From positions 1,178,001-1,242,000 of the forward strand of contig NW_027117343.1 of NCBI RefSeq assembly GCF_038025025.1: a DNA stretch of 64,000 bases. The letters are read 5' to 3'. Shown here piece after piece: positions 53,460 to 64,000 of this stretch (position 1 is its first letter; the number at the start of each line of letters is the position of its first letter). Source of the stretch: Phyllosticta citribraziliensis (taxonomy: Eukaryota). Below the pieces are notes generated by a model that was not told the origin of the DNA, searched no databases, and saw only the letters and a program-made list of their open reading frames with translations. The translations under genes and the position numbers were made by a program.

Positions 53460-56437
53460 TCAGAACCCCATGCCCATGTCCGCGTCAAACTGTGCAAAGT
53501 CGACCTCCAGGGGCAGGAACCCGCTCCACAGCGCGTCGTCCGTCAGCTGCCCTTGGCTCGTCGCAAACTCGCCAATCGTGTTGAGGTCCGTCCAGGAAAA
53601 GTCGCCCAGCTGCTCCGCCGTCGCCCCGTTGTCGTTGCCGCCCAGCGGGCTCTCGCCTACCGCTCCGCTTCCGCTGCACGCTGACGGCGCCGGCGTCGTT
53701 TGCGACACGCCGCCTCCTCCCTCGCCGTACTGCTGGTACTGCGAGTGTCCGCTGCTGCGCATGTACCCCGGCGGCTTGTGCGTGTCCGCCTTTTGCCAGA
53801 GCAGCTTGAGCAGCTCTGCGTAGCGCGCCCCCATGTGCTGCGGGCCCACGGCGCTGCGCTGCAGCTTCTCAATCGTCTCGTCAATCAGCCGTCGTATGAG
53901 CCGCTCCTCGTCGCCTGCAAACACGCCCACAATCTTTGCCCGGAACAGGAACACGGCCCCATACACCAGATACAGGTAGAACCGCAGCGGCATGAACCGC
54001 AGTGCCGTCTCGGCCGGGATGAAGCTGTTGGCCGTCGTCAAAATCGCCTTGGCCGCGTCCAGCGCCTCGAATATGAACCGCGCGTCCCCCACTGCCCCCA
54101 CGTTGTTGTAAAAGACGCGCGACGGCGACTGCGGGATGATCGGACTGCTGGCCTTGTCCTCTGCTAGCTTGGCCTGCACCCGTCGCACCGTTGCTTGGAA
54201 AGCAAAGGCGTTCACGTAGAGCCGCAGGTAGTCGTAGCTCATGACCAGCATCGCCTTGAGGTTGGGCGAGCAGCTCAAACAGCCCCCTGGGTTGTGTCAG
54301 TCTTTGCTTTTCGGCACGCACCCTGCCAGCCACTTACAAACTGCCTTCCATCCGTACGCCGCCGCTCGAAAGTCGTCTATGAACTTGACATAGCTGCCAC
54401 TAAGATTCGACCGGAAACTCGTCCCGACGTTGGAGTACCTGTCCCTGCATCAGCACCGAGACACTTGACCCCAACGAGACGCTGCGCCTACAGGACATCA
54501 TGCGCGTTGCCAAAAAGCGACGTCAACTCCAGGGTAGCCTGGCCACCAAGGTCAGTCATGGTCGTGATTATTAATGTGGGCCCAGCTCCAGAGCGGCCCG
54601 CGTACCTGAAAAATGCTTGCATAATCCTCCTCGTTGGGCCGTTGCGGCAACAAGTACGGGTAGTTTTCTCGGCGAAGTGTCGTCAGTGGTCCAGGCCTAT
54701 TCCTTTGTCAGACCTCCTGCTTTGCTGTAAGTGCCAACAACTCACCCTCTTGACCAAAACGCCTTTCCTATGCGAATCTGCCGCGCGTCAGCCGCGTCTT
54801 CCGAGAGTCTTGTCGAGATGTGCGAACCGATATCTGCCGATCTGCTATGTAGCATGCTAATCAAATGTCAGCAGTGAACCAAGAAGCGTCGCACAAAAGA
54901 TCCATGCATGAGACAGAGTGCGGCAAGATAGAATGCGTTGGTGGGCTCATTCACAAGGACATTCTTGCTCAGGGATTGCAATGCGAAAAGTCAAGATTTC
55001 AAAGCAAGAAAACTCATCAAGCCTCTCCGCAACGGCATCAAGACAGCACTGACGCCACTCACCTGTCCAAACAAGTAACTTCCGATTAAACTGAGGGTCC
55101 TTGCCGTCGTTGATGATTTTGAACGAATACCTCTCCAGGCCCATGTAGTATGCGAGCCGGATGGCCAAGCCGGACGAGTTCCACGCCTCCCTGTCCTCCT
55201 CCCCCTTTCCTATCTTGCCGACGTGCACCCTTTGTGTAAAGGGCGCCCACTCGGCAAGCAACAGGAGCGCTTCCACCGCCTCGACGCCGCCATTGCCGCC
55301 CGCCGCCAGGTCCGACATGAGAATCTTCATAAACTCGGACGCCGACTCGTACAAGTGCATCTCCTCGGCCAAGTCCTTGGACGCGATGACCAGTATGGCC
55401 GTCAGCAGGTGCGGCTCCTTGTGGGCAAAGTCGATGAGGTTAGAAACGTCAAACGCGTGGGGAGGTGCCAGCGGAAAGTAGGGGTGGTAGCATGTGCGGT
55501 ATCTCTGGATGAGCTGCACCAAGTCATTCAACGTCAGCTTGCCCTCTGCCAAAAGCCGGTACGAAGATCTGGGCGTCGTCTCGGGCAACATGGCCCTCAT
55601 GGGCGTTGGGTCCTGCGCTGCCGCAGGCGTGTCCTCCTCGGCCACGCGGGCCAGGATGCCCAACGCGTCCGATGGGTTCTGCAAATTGTCAAACTCCATG
55701 GGGTTGGTTCCTGTGGATTGAGGTGCCGTCTCGGGGGGCGGTCTAGCATTATTGGTCTCAATGGTCCTAAAGTTGAGGCGTTGTTCCGTCGGCGAGCCGT
55801 TTGTCGTGGTGCCAATCGTACCAAGGCCGTGGAAGCCCACGCTGTTGCTTTCGCCGGCAGCAGGGGGCGGAGGGGGTGGTGGCACAGAGAAGACTCCAGA
55901 AGACGCTTGGTGGGCGTCTCCAATCTGTGGCAAAGGTTTCTTTCTTACTCGACGGCCTCCTCGGTTGGATCCTCCAAGTACACATTCCAGGCTTTCTCGC
56001 TTACAGCGCTGGCAAGGTAGCTGTGCCTTGCCGTCCTTATAGTCCCTAAGTTTGTTAAGTTTTGCGACTTGAGAAGACGCCAACGAATCAACCGGGAATA
56101 GCAAATGAAACACGACCCAACAGAAACGCCAACGGGATACAAGACTATGGCACTGATCAAGGCGGATGCAGGACCGTCGGCAAAGGATTGGCAACGTCCT
56201 GGAGACCCCATCAGGCGAACTGCACTTCGTCGGCCTTTGTGCGTGCTTTCATTCCCCGAGGGTCGGTGATGGCGCGTGCTGCAAAAGTGCTACTCACAAA
56301 TGGCATTTTGATTTGCGGCGGCGGCATATCAGGCAGGCTTGATTGACCCTTTTGTTCTTGGCCTCGTTTTCGGGCCCATTTTCAGGCGTCAGAGATTCGG
56401 ACGGAGGCACCGTCGGCGGTGGAGGCTGCATGTCCAT
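53460..56437 (-). CDS. Zn(II)2Cys6 transcription factor, Aro80-like, multi-exon
   Basis: Spliced cluster CLICRRRKSKCHLDYKDGKAQLPCQRCKRESLEC (intron 56297-56046); middle homology region 'VEALLLLAEW...GLAIRLAY.MGL'; 'SYDYLRLYVNAFAFQA'. Confidence 0.9.
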
Positions 56438-56689
56438 GCTGAGAACGACGAAGGCGACAGGAAATGGAGAATCAAAGGCCGACGCGACAGCAGAAGTAGA
56501 TATTCGCCGACGGAGGCCGGCGGCTTCGCGGATTCTCTACCCCGCAGCGGCACCACATCCCCAGGTTATTAGGCCCGCACGTCCCGATTGAGATGATGGT
56601 CCGCGTCGAAGGATTCAGAGGGAAAATTGAAATACCTGACGACATTGCCCATCATGAGCCCCCAGCCTCTGCACTCCCTCAACAACGGC

Positions 56690-57548
56690 ATGTCTGCTCC
56701 GAACGAACTGCGCGGACGCCTTGCGCTGGTGACGGGCGCGTCTGGAGGGTGAAGACACACCGCCCTGATCTCCGATTTGCTTTTGGCTGATGCAGGGATA
56801 GAATTGGCGGTGCTTGCGCGCGAAAGCTCGCAGAATACGGGACCGACTTGGCCCTGCACTACTCCAGCAACAAATCATCCGTGGCAGAACTCGCTGCGCA
56901 GCTTCAGTCGGACCACCCAGCCATCAAGGTCTCCATTCACCAGGCCGACCTGGCCACGGACCAGGCGTTGCAGCTGTGCAAAGATGCACAGAGCACACAC
57001 GGCAAGCCGGTTTCCATCCTCGTCAGCAACGCGGGCCGAGGAAAGCGGTTTCCGCACATCTGGGATGTGCCCGTCGACGAGTTTGATTTGACCATTGCCA
57101 CAAACCTGCGCGCGTCTTTTCTGCTGGCCAAGGGCGTCGCCGAGGGCATGCGAGACCAGAGATGGGGTCGCATCATCTTCATCTCGAGCATTGCAGCGTA
57201 CGGCGCTGGCGTCAACGCTGCCCACTACGCCGCTAGCAAGGGAGGCCAAGTCGGCATGATGAAGAACCTCAGCTCCAGGCTGGCCGAGTTTGGCATCACC
57301 GTCAACGACGTGGCGCCGGCAATGATTGGAGACACGGGTCTCTTCCCAGAGACGGTTCCCGAGATTGAAAAGACGATTCCGGTTGGGAGGTTCGGCAAGC
57401 CTGAAGAGGTAAGGCTTCTGCGTTCGCGATGACGGCAATGCTGAGGGGCTAACGGCGACAGGTTGCCAATGCGGTCGAAATGTTTTGCAAAACGCCGTAC
57501 ATAACCGGGCAGTCACTGATTGTCGCTGGTGGACTCAATCACAAGTAG
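56690..57548 (+). CDS. Short-chain dehydrogenase/reductase, 3 exons
   Basis: TGASGG/IG, VSNAG, ISS, YAASK, NDVAP; ends ITGQSLIVAGGLNHK after splicing. Confidence 0.92.
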
Positions 57549-58032
57549 CACAAGCCGTGGGTTCCTGGGTTGTGGAATAAATGGCGCCTGGCGCGGTTGA
57601 GTGTACAAACATGGCCGGGCCGCGAAGACGATACAACGTAGACAGACTGGCAATCGATTGATTCTTTGGTCGATGCGACGAGTTGTGAAGTTGTGATGGT
57701 GGAGAAGTGTCGTGGCTGACTCGGGCCGTGTAAGTGAGGTGGTGATGTGCACGGCAGGGTCCACAGGGCAGGGCAGGGCGTCCAGCCAGGGCACAGCAGT
57801 CGGGGGTCGCCGCCGGCTTTTGAAATCCCACCGTCACGTCACCATCTCCATGTCTCTCCCCGGCCAAGCTTTCCCCGTCGACGCGACCCGATCCATGCCC
57901 TCTTTCACGATTGTTTACCCGCCTGATGACAGGACCATGGCTGCTCAAATACCAATCACGTCCCCACCCTAACCGTCTGCCCATCTTTTCTACTACTCCT
58001 ACCTCGCACCTCTCTGGCCTCACCATCTCGCC

Positions 58033-59321
58033 ATGTCTTCTGCAAAGCAAGCTCTACTCATTGGCGACCTTGCCCACGCGAGACGCGAATGGGAAGAGCT
58101 CAGCTCATTGGTCGGATTGCTGGTCAGTCGGACGCAAAGAGCTCCTACACCGTCGCTGACCTTGCTGCGCAGGAGTTTCCCGAAGGCACTCGCGACGACT
58201 TCCTCTCAAACCTCCGCGCCGGGAAGTATGATAATGTCGTCGCCATCTACAGAAGCAACGATTCGACCAAAGTGCGTTTGATGCCTGACGCGGACCTCGG
58301 GCCACGCCGACTCCGCCCACGTACTGATCAACTCGTCCACAGTTTACCGGTCCTTTCGACGCAGAGCTGGTCCAAGTGCTCCCCAAGTCGTTGACATACA
58401 TATGCCACAACGGCGCTGGCTACGACAACATCGACGTTGGCGCCTGTAGCTCAAAAGGTGAGATGCGAAGCTTAAACCAGGATCGTATTTTTTGGGCTAA
58501 ACGCGGATCAGGCATCTCGGTTGCCAACACGCCCGTTGCCGTCAACGACGCAACTGCCGACATTGCCCTTTTCCTTCTTCTCGGGGCTCTTCGACGCGTG
58601 ACCATTCCCTTCACCGCCGTTCGCCAAGGCAAGTTTCACGCTCTACCTCGTGTTCCAGCGAGCTTCTTCTGACACGCGTCGCAGGCCAATGGAGAGGATC
58701 AAGCTTTCGAATTGGCCATGACCCGCGTCAAAAGACGCTCGGAATCCTTGGCATGGGCGGCATAGGACGAGCCGTCGGTGTGCGGGCCGCTGCGTTCGGC
58801 ATGAAGATTCAATACCACAATCGTTCGCGGTTGTCTGCGGAATTGGAAGCTGCCGGTGGCAATGCGTCCTACGTCTCTTTCGACGAACTTGTCCGCACGT
58901 CCGATGTCATCAGCGTCAACCTGAGTTTGACGCCCGCGACAAAACACATCATTGGATCTAAGGAGTTCTCCAGCATGAAGGACGGCGTCGTGATTGTCAA
59001 CACCGCAAGAGGCCCCGTGATAGATGAAGCCGCCCTCGTCGAAGCTTTGGACAATGGCAAAGTCTACAGTGCTGGATTGGACGTGTTTGAGGAAGAACCC
59101 AAGATCCACCCAGGCCTGCTGAAGAATGAGAACGTGGTTTTGTTGCCACATATCGGAACGGCAACGATTGAAACTCAGGTTCGTCCATTCGTCCCTTGTT
59201 TGTAGAACTTTGACTAACTTCTTGATAACAGCGCGACATGGAGCTCCTTGTGCTCGAGAATCTCAAGCTTGGTGTACAAGAAGGAAAACTCAAGACCCAG
59301 GTTCCAGAACAACTGCGATAG
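58033..59321 (+). CDS. D-isomer-specific 2-hydroxyacid dehydrogenase (glyoxylate/2-keto-aldonate reductase family), 6 exons
   Basis: HNGAGYDNID, GILGMGGIG, YHNRSR, VNTARG, GLDVFEEEP, LPHIG. Confidence 0.93.
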
Positions 59322-59998
59322 GTTGCTTTCTAGACCCCATGACGGTCTTGAGTGCGATTGCGAAGCATGTTGGACGATTTTCCTGGCGGTCTTATTAGAG
59401 AAGATACAGGATGCAAAGAGCAACAGGATATCTACAATTTTGGGATCAATTGGAGATACCTTTCCTGCGAGTTAGCAGCCGACGAAATTTCGAACATTTG
59501 GACCTACCATTCTGAAAATGTGCCTTCACCATATATGATCCAACGACGCTCTTAGTCCAATTGACGATGAAAGAGCTACGAGTCAGCAGAGACAGAGCAA
59601 GGTAATGTGTGCAGCTGCCGGAGCACCAGAGCATCAGAGCTTCCCTGGACATGAATAACACAGTTGCAGGTCTCTTCGCGGTGATGGGAACCTTCCTGTC
59701 TGATTGCGCAAAAAACTAACAGCTTAAGGGAGCTCATCAGACAGACTCACTCTGGACCGTCAAAGGACTGGTCGGACATATTCTGATCAGCGCCCAGGTC
59801 TTCCCAACTTCAGTACCCGCCCCATCGTCGTTGTCAGAGAGTCACAGTATTCAAAATCAGGGTCTCACTTCACTGCTACTAGTGGGACGCGGTCCTCATT
59901 CCGAGAAGTCCATCATCCAGCAGATCCAAAAAACTCACCCCCTGAGCAACCAGTCCCAAAAGAATCAAACTCCCAACGCCTCCACCATCAACAGTGAC

Positions 59999-60520
59999 TC
60001 AAGCTCCCAGAAATCGAGACCTCAACCCCTCTGGGACATCGCTCCCCGCTCGCCGCAATTCCCTCGCAACGTACGCGTGGTCGACCCTATGCCCCTCCGC
60101 CTCCAACTCATCCACCACATCACCCAACCACTCCAACACCTGCCGCCGCGTCGGCGGCTTATGTCCCGGCGGCGCAACAGCTTCGACGTACGCGCGGACC
60201 GGCGAGTCCCTCTTCTCGTACGTGTCGAACGGGATGCGAATCGCGACGAGCCCTTTGGCGCCGCTGCGGTGTAGGACCCAGTCCGGGAAGAGTTGCATGT
60301 CTTGTGCGGCCTTGGAGGGAGGCGCCGCGGGGCACGCTTCGAGGTGGGCCCAGAGAGCGGAGACGTCCTGCATTGAGGTGGTGTGCGTTTTGCAGTGGAG
60401 GCAGGTGCATTGGCCGTGGGCGGCGGGAGGTGGCGCGAGCGGATGGAAGTGGTAGGTTATAGGTCCTTCGGGCAGCGGATGGTGTGTGGGTGCTGCGTTG
60501 GTGGAGGTGATGTTGCTCAT
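59999..60520 (-). CDS. Hypothetical 173-aa protein with C-x2-C...H-x3-C finger
   Basis: Intronless ORF with ACCATG start, TATA-like element at ~60662, motif CLHC-x15-HLEAC. Confidence 0.55.
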   Translation of the reverse strand: MSNITSTNAAPTHHPLPEGPITYHFHPLAPPPAAHGQCTCLHCKTHTTSMQDVSALWAHLEACPAAPPSKAAQDMQLFPDWVLHRSGAKGLVAIRIPFDTYEKRDSPVRAYVEAVAPPGHKPPTRRQVLEWLGDVVDELEAEGHRVDHAYVARELRRAGSDVPEGLRSRFLGA

Positions 60521-61340
60521 GGTGACGGCTATCGCGGCAGAGGCTGGTAGACGAAAAGTCCGGAAGGCAGTGAATAGCGTGATGGTGGTGGTGGTGATTG
60601 AACTCGCGGGTTGAGGAGCAGAGGAAGAAAGGAGAAAGCCTCCGGAACGCGGAAGTGGCTCTATAAATACGCAGGCACGACTCCATCTAATTAGCTCGCA
60701 AACCTCTCCGCGCGGGGTCGGAAGGCCGTGGAAAGTTTACAGAGTGCAGTTATCATTTGCTGTTGTTTCAACCGGTGGGAATGCAACTCGGTTCCTGCTT
60801 GGGTGTGACGTCATACTCTTCGCGTTCGATGAAAGAAGCCGTGTCTGGAATCTTTTTGATGATGGAAAGCATTGTCGATTTCACTGGAGCTTGTTTGTTG
60901 ATTTGCTTTTGGTCGCGTTGTGCTGTGGTCTAGTAGGTAAAAGTGAACTGGCATTTGATTGTGAAGACAACAGTGATGTCTGCTTTTGTTATCCTAGGGA
61001 GCAAGTATTAACCACTTGCACAGTGCAAGTATTTGGCGCTGTGCGATCACCATGGCTTTGGTACTCAATCAAGCGCGTATTGTTCTCCGTAGAAGCACAT
61101 CATTCCATTCAGCCAAACGAAGCTCTGTCTCCATGGATGTAAGAAGCACTGTAAACCAGCCGACACGGAAGACATCAGAAAAAACACGAAAACCAAACCT
61201 AGACCATATACACAGTGAGCCGTTAATCCACCTTTTGTACAATCGCCGAGTCATGGCCTCGTTATGTTCATTAACACAACATCGACCTTCTCATCCCCTC
61301 CTGAGATATTGACACTGACTACGCAGTCACTTATCTTCGA

Positions 61341-62353
61341 TCATGTAGGAAGCTCTTCACGGGTGTTGTAGTAGAACCCCGGCACTCCAGGCGGTCCAGA
61401 CGGTCCACGGGGACCAGGTGGCCCAGGCGGACCCGAAGGACCAGGTGGACCAGGTGGACCCGGAGGACCAGGTGGACCAGGCGGACCGGGTGGTCCATCA
61501 TATCCCCCATCGTGGTCAATGTTGTGCCCATGGATACGGAAGTAGGTATTGCGCAGAATTCTCATTTCGTCCTCCGGCACCTCTGCGATGGCGCGAACAG
61601 GGCGGTCATATGGGACGAGGAACTCCCCGTCGTAGTTGAGGCGGGCCTTCGTGGAGAGGCTGTCGGGAGGGATTGGCGTCGCGCGGATGGATTCGCGCAG
61701 GTTGACTTCGCCGGGCAGCGGATTGGGAGGTCTTTGTGTCGTGTAGATAATTGCGTGTTTGTCTTGGTGGGGTCGGATTTCGGGGTGCATTGTCCCCTGG
61801 CCTTCGTAGGTTTTGATAACGCTGTATGGGAATGTCAGTTGGGTTTGTGCGGCTTGGGTTGGTAGGAGATGGATGGGATCTGGGAGACGAACAGGCACCT
61901 GATCGCTTCTGCATTTTGGGCGATGATGACTCCGCGACGGAAGATCTTGTGCGGCGACCCTTTGTTCTGCGTCTTAATCATGCGCTTGGTTCGGTTCTCA
62001 TACTCGTCTTCGAAGACCTCGACATGGATGATCTTGGTTGATATGTGTCAGCGAGGTAGCCAGGGGTGACTGTAGATAGGGTGTCTCACTCTGCCAACCC
62101 AGAAAAATCCCCTCTGAAGGGTCTCAGGGATGGCTTGGTATAGCTCTACATTCCGTCAGTCTCTCTCCAACAGCAAATAGAAACCGAGCGTGAGCAGGAA
62201 ACTAAAGAGATAATGAGACTAGGTAGACGCACCGTCACGCCTTGGGCCCTGTGGTGCGGCTTCGGATCTTTGCCCACCAGACCGGCGGACGGAGGTAGAG
62301 GAAGTGCCGTCCTTGTTTTTGCGTCTCACCCACTCGAGCTTTCCGGGGGCCAT
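61341..62353 (-). CDS. DUF6590-like protein (~265 aa) with collagen-like C-terminal repeat; exons 62353-62233, 62145-62090, 62032-61893, 61821-61341
   Basis: Spliced product has [29 protein letters not shown] and ARLNY motifs; exon phases are consistent (798 nt). Confidence 0.72.
61377..61496 (-). repeat. 9-bp-period coding repeat, 13 Gly-X-Y triplets (mostly GPP)
   Basis: GPPx6[22 protein letters not shown] with varied third codon positions. Confidence 0.92.
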
Positions 62354-64000
62354 TTTGTAGATCAGATGCGAAGAGGTAGTTGGCCAGTGCTGGAGGGAAA
62401 CTCGAGTCGTATACCGGATACGGAGGGCATTTTAAAGATCAAATGCGAAGAGGTAGCTGGCAAGAGCAGGAGGAAATGTTGCCGCGCTAGCTTCATTCAA
62501 GTCATTCTGTACCAAAAGTCGCCGTTGGCAAAGGAAGGCGCAGACCCATCTGACCTTTCTTGCCCACGCGTCTCGTCGCCATGACACATTTGCACCCACA
62601 CCGCAATGGAGCGAAGCCTCCACGATAGAGGGAATGAGAGTCTGGAAGCTGGCGACAAGGCTTGAATGCGCCTCACTGTGGCTAACTTCGTTGCTTACGG
62701 ACCATGACAGGCCCTGGCCTCGTGATGGTTTAGCAGTGGTAACCTGTGGCGGTGTTGGTGGTGATGTCGTCCTGCAGCTTTGCGGCTGCAATTCGAAGAA
62801 GGGACGGTCTCGACTGAGGGCGACGACTGAAAGAACTGTTGAGAAAGCCCATGGAATCTGCTCTGTCTGACAAGAAAGTGGAAAGGGACAAGTTTACCCC
62901 AGCTCGCAAAACAATTTCCAATGAGTACATGCTTTTGTTGTCATTGAAGCTTTTCTGACAGCCTCCACCAACCTTCGGAAGCAGGCATCGCTGGAGCCTT
63001 TGTGCGAGGTCTTGAGTGACCCAAATCTGGAAGGTGCCTGAGCGAAGTCTGAGCAAAGAGCAGTCAAAAAGCGTTCATTTCCTCATTGAGGCGCAGTGGT
63101 CAAAGGGGTGCGGGCGAAGTGAAAAGAAAAAGTAGTTGTAATAAGTCCTGCCACGCCCCTGTCATTTTTACTATGCTAGGACTCGACATGAGGCATCTCA
63201 GCCACATGAAGAAATCTTTTGGAAGAAGCGACAAGAAGATAGTTTTGGGGAGTTCTGCCTGACAAGGCTGGAGTGGCTCACCTCCAACCACTCACTTCCT
63301 GCAGGAGCTGTTGGCTGCCGACGTCTCATGACGCCACGGCTCTGCGAACACCCACGTGGAGCACAGCCTCTTTAATTGATTCAAACATGAACGTCGATGC
63401 CATGCTTGCGCCGTCGTCGCCCGAGGCTGCTTGTGTATATGCAGGCGCTGAGAGCCGCTTCGAGTGGGGTGTCTGATTGGCCCAATATTTCGAGAATGAC
63501 TCGCGAAATTGGGGGCAAACCCACCGGCTCGTAAAGCGCCCGTTTGATTGCGGGTCGTGCCGTCCCAGACTGTGAAGGTGCGTGCGAGACGAAGGAACAA
63601 GAGGCTCGAGAAATGACGGCGTCAGCTGAGAACCCAGGAATCATTCGGCCCCCGAAGCCACAGAGCTGACCAACACCACTAGCGCCTTATCGCAGATTCA
63701 ATACTGGCTGTTTACTCAAAATTGAAAATCTTCGGAGGCCAGCTCAGGCTGTCAACCCGGCTGGGATGGGAGCAAGCAAAGAGAGAACTAGCTCGTCAGG
63801 ACACGACCTCCTCCACATATACTGCACCAGGAACAGCACCTAGCTTGGTTTCAAAACGCCATCGGCAACGCGTAGCTGTATTTTTGAACTTGCTCTCGGA
63901 TGCCCGTAAGACAGATACGCCTTCATTCCTATCAATTAGGGAGGACTTGGCACAACGAAGGCTTTTGCCAAGAGCTCGGTCCCCTATTGTAATGCCTGAC

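Noticed and set aside
56507..56531. CCG-N7-CCG Aro80-type sites in the divergent promoter
   Set aside because: Expected by chance in GC-rich DNA; no conservation data
61377..61496. CRISPR-like array
   Set aside because: Coding 9-bp repeat without spacers in a eukaryotic gene
62400..64000. Short ORFs at the window end
   Set aside because: No recognisable domain or consistent exon chain; a gene cannot be excluded

Overview
Fungal (filamentous ascomycete-type) genomic DNA in two sharply separated compartments. Bases ~1-40,960 are an AT-rich block of nested, RIP-mutated (C>T/G>A, TpA-saturated) Ty3/Gypsy LTR retrotransposons from at least four families (named A, B, C and F here). The block includes a complete 6.07-kb chromovirus and a complete 13.36-kb element. 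The latter has a third long reading frame whose de-RIPed C-terminal part resembles a 2-oxoglutarate/Fe(II) dioxygenase (HxD...H). A family A element is followed by an antisense, intron-containing Cys-rich (DUF3716-like) gene relic. Bases ~41,000-64,000 are GC-balanced with intron-containing genes: secreted copper amine oxidase, HAD hydrolase, CCDC47/DUF1682 ER protein, tRNA-Gly(TCC), heme catalase with two CCAAT-N12-GAT (CBC:HapX-type) sites, an Aro80-like Zn2Cys6 regulator next to an SDR and a D-2-hydroxyacid dehydrogenase, a small C2HC-finger ORF, and a DUF6590-like protein with a collagen-like tail. All family names come from manual motif recognition, not database searches. Protein motifs in the AT block are reconstructed by reversing RIP changes.
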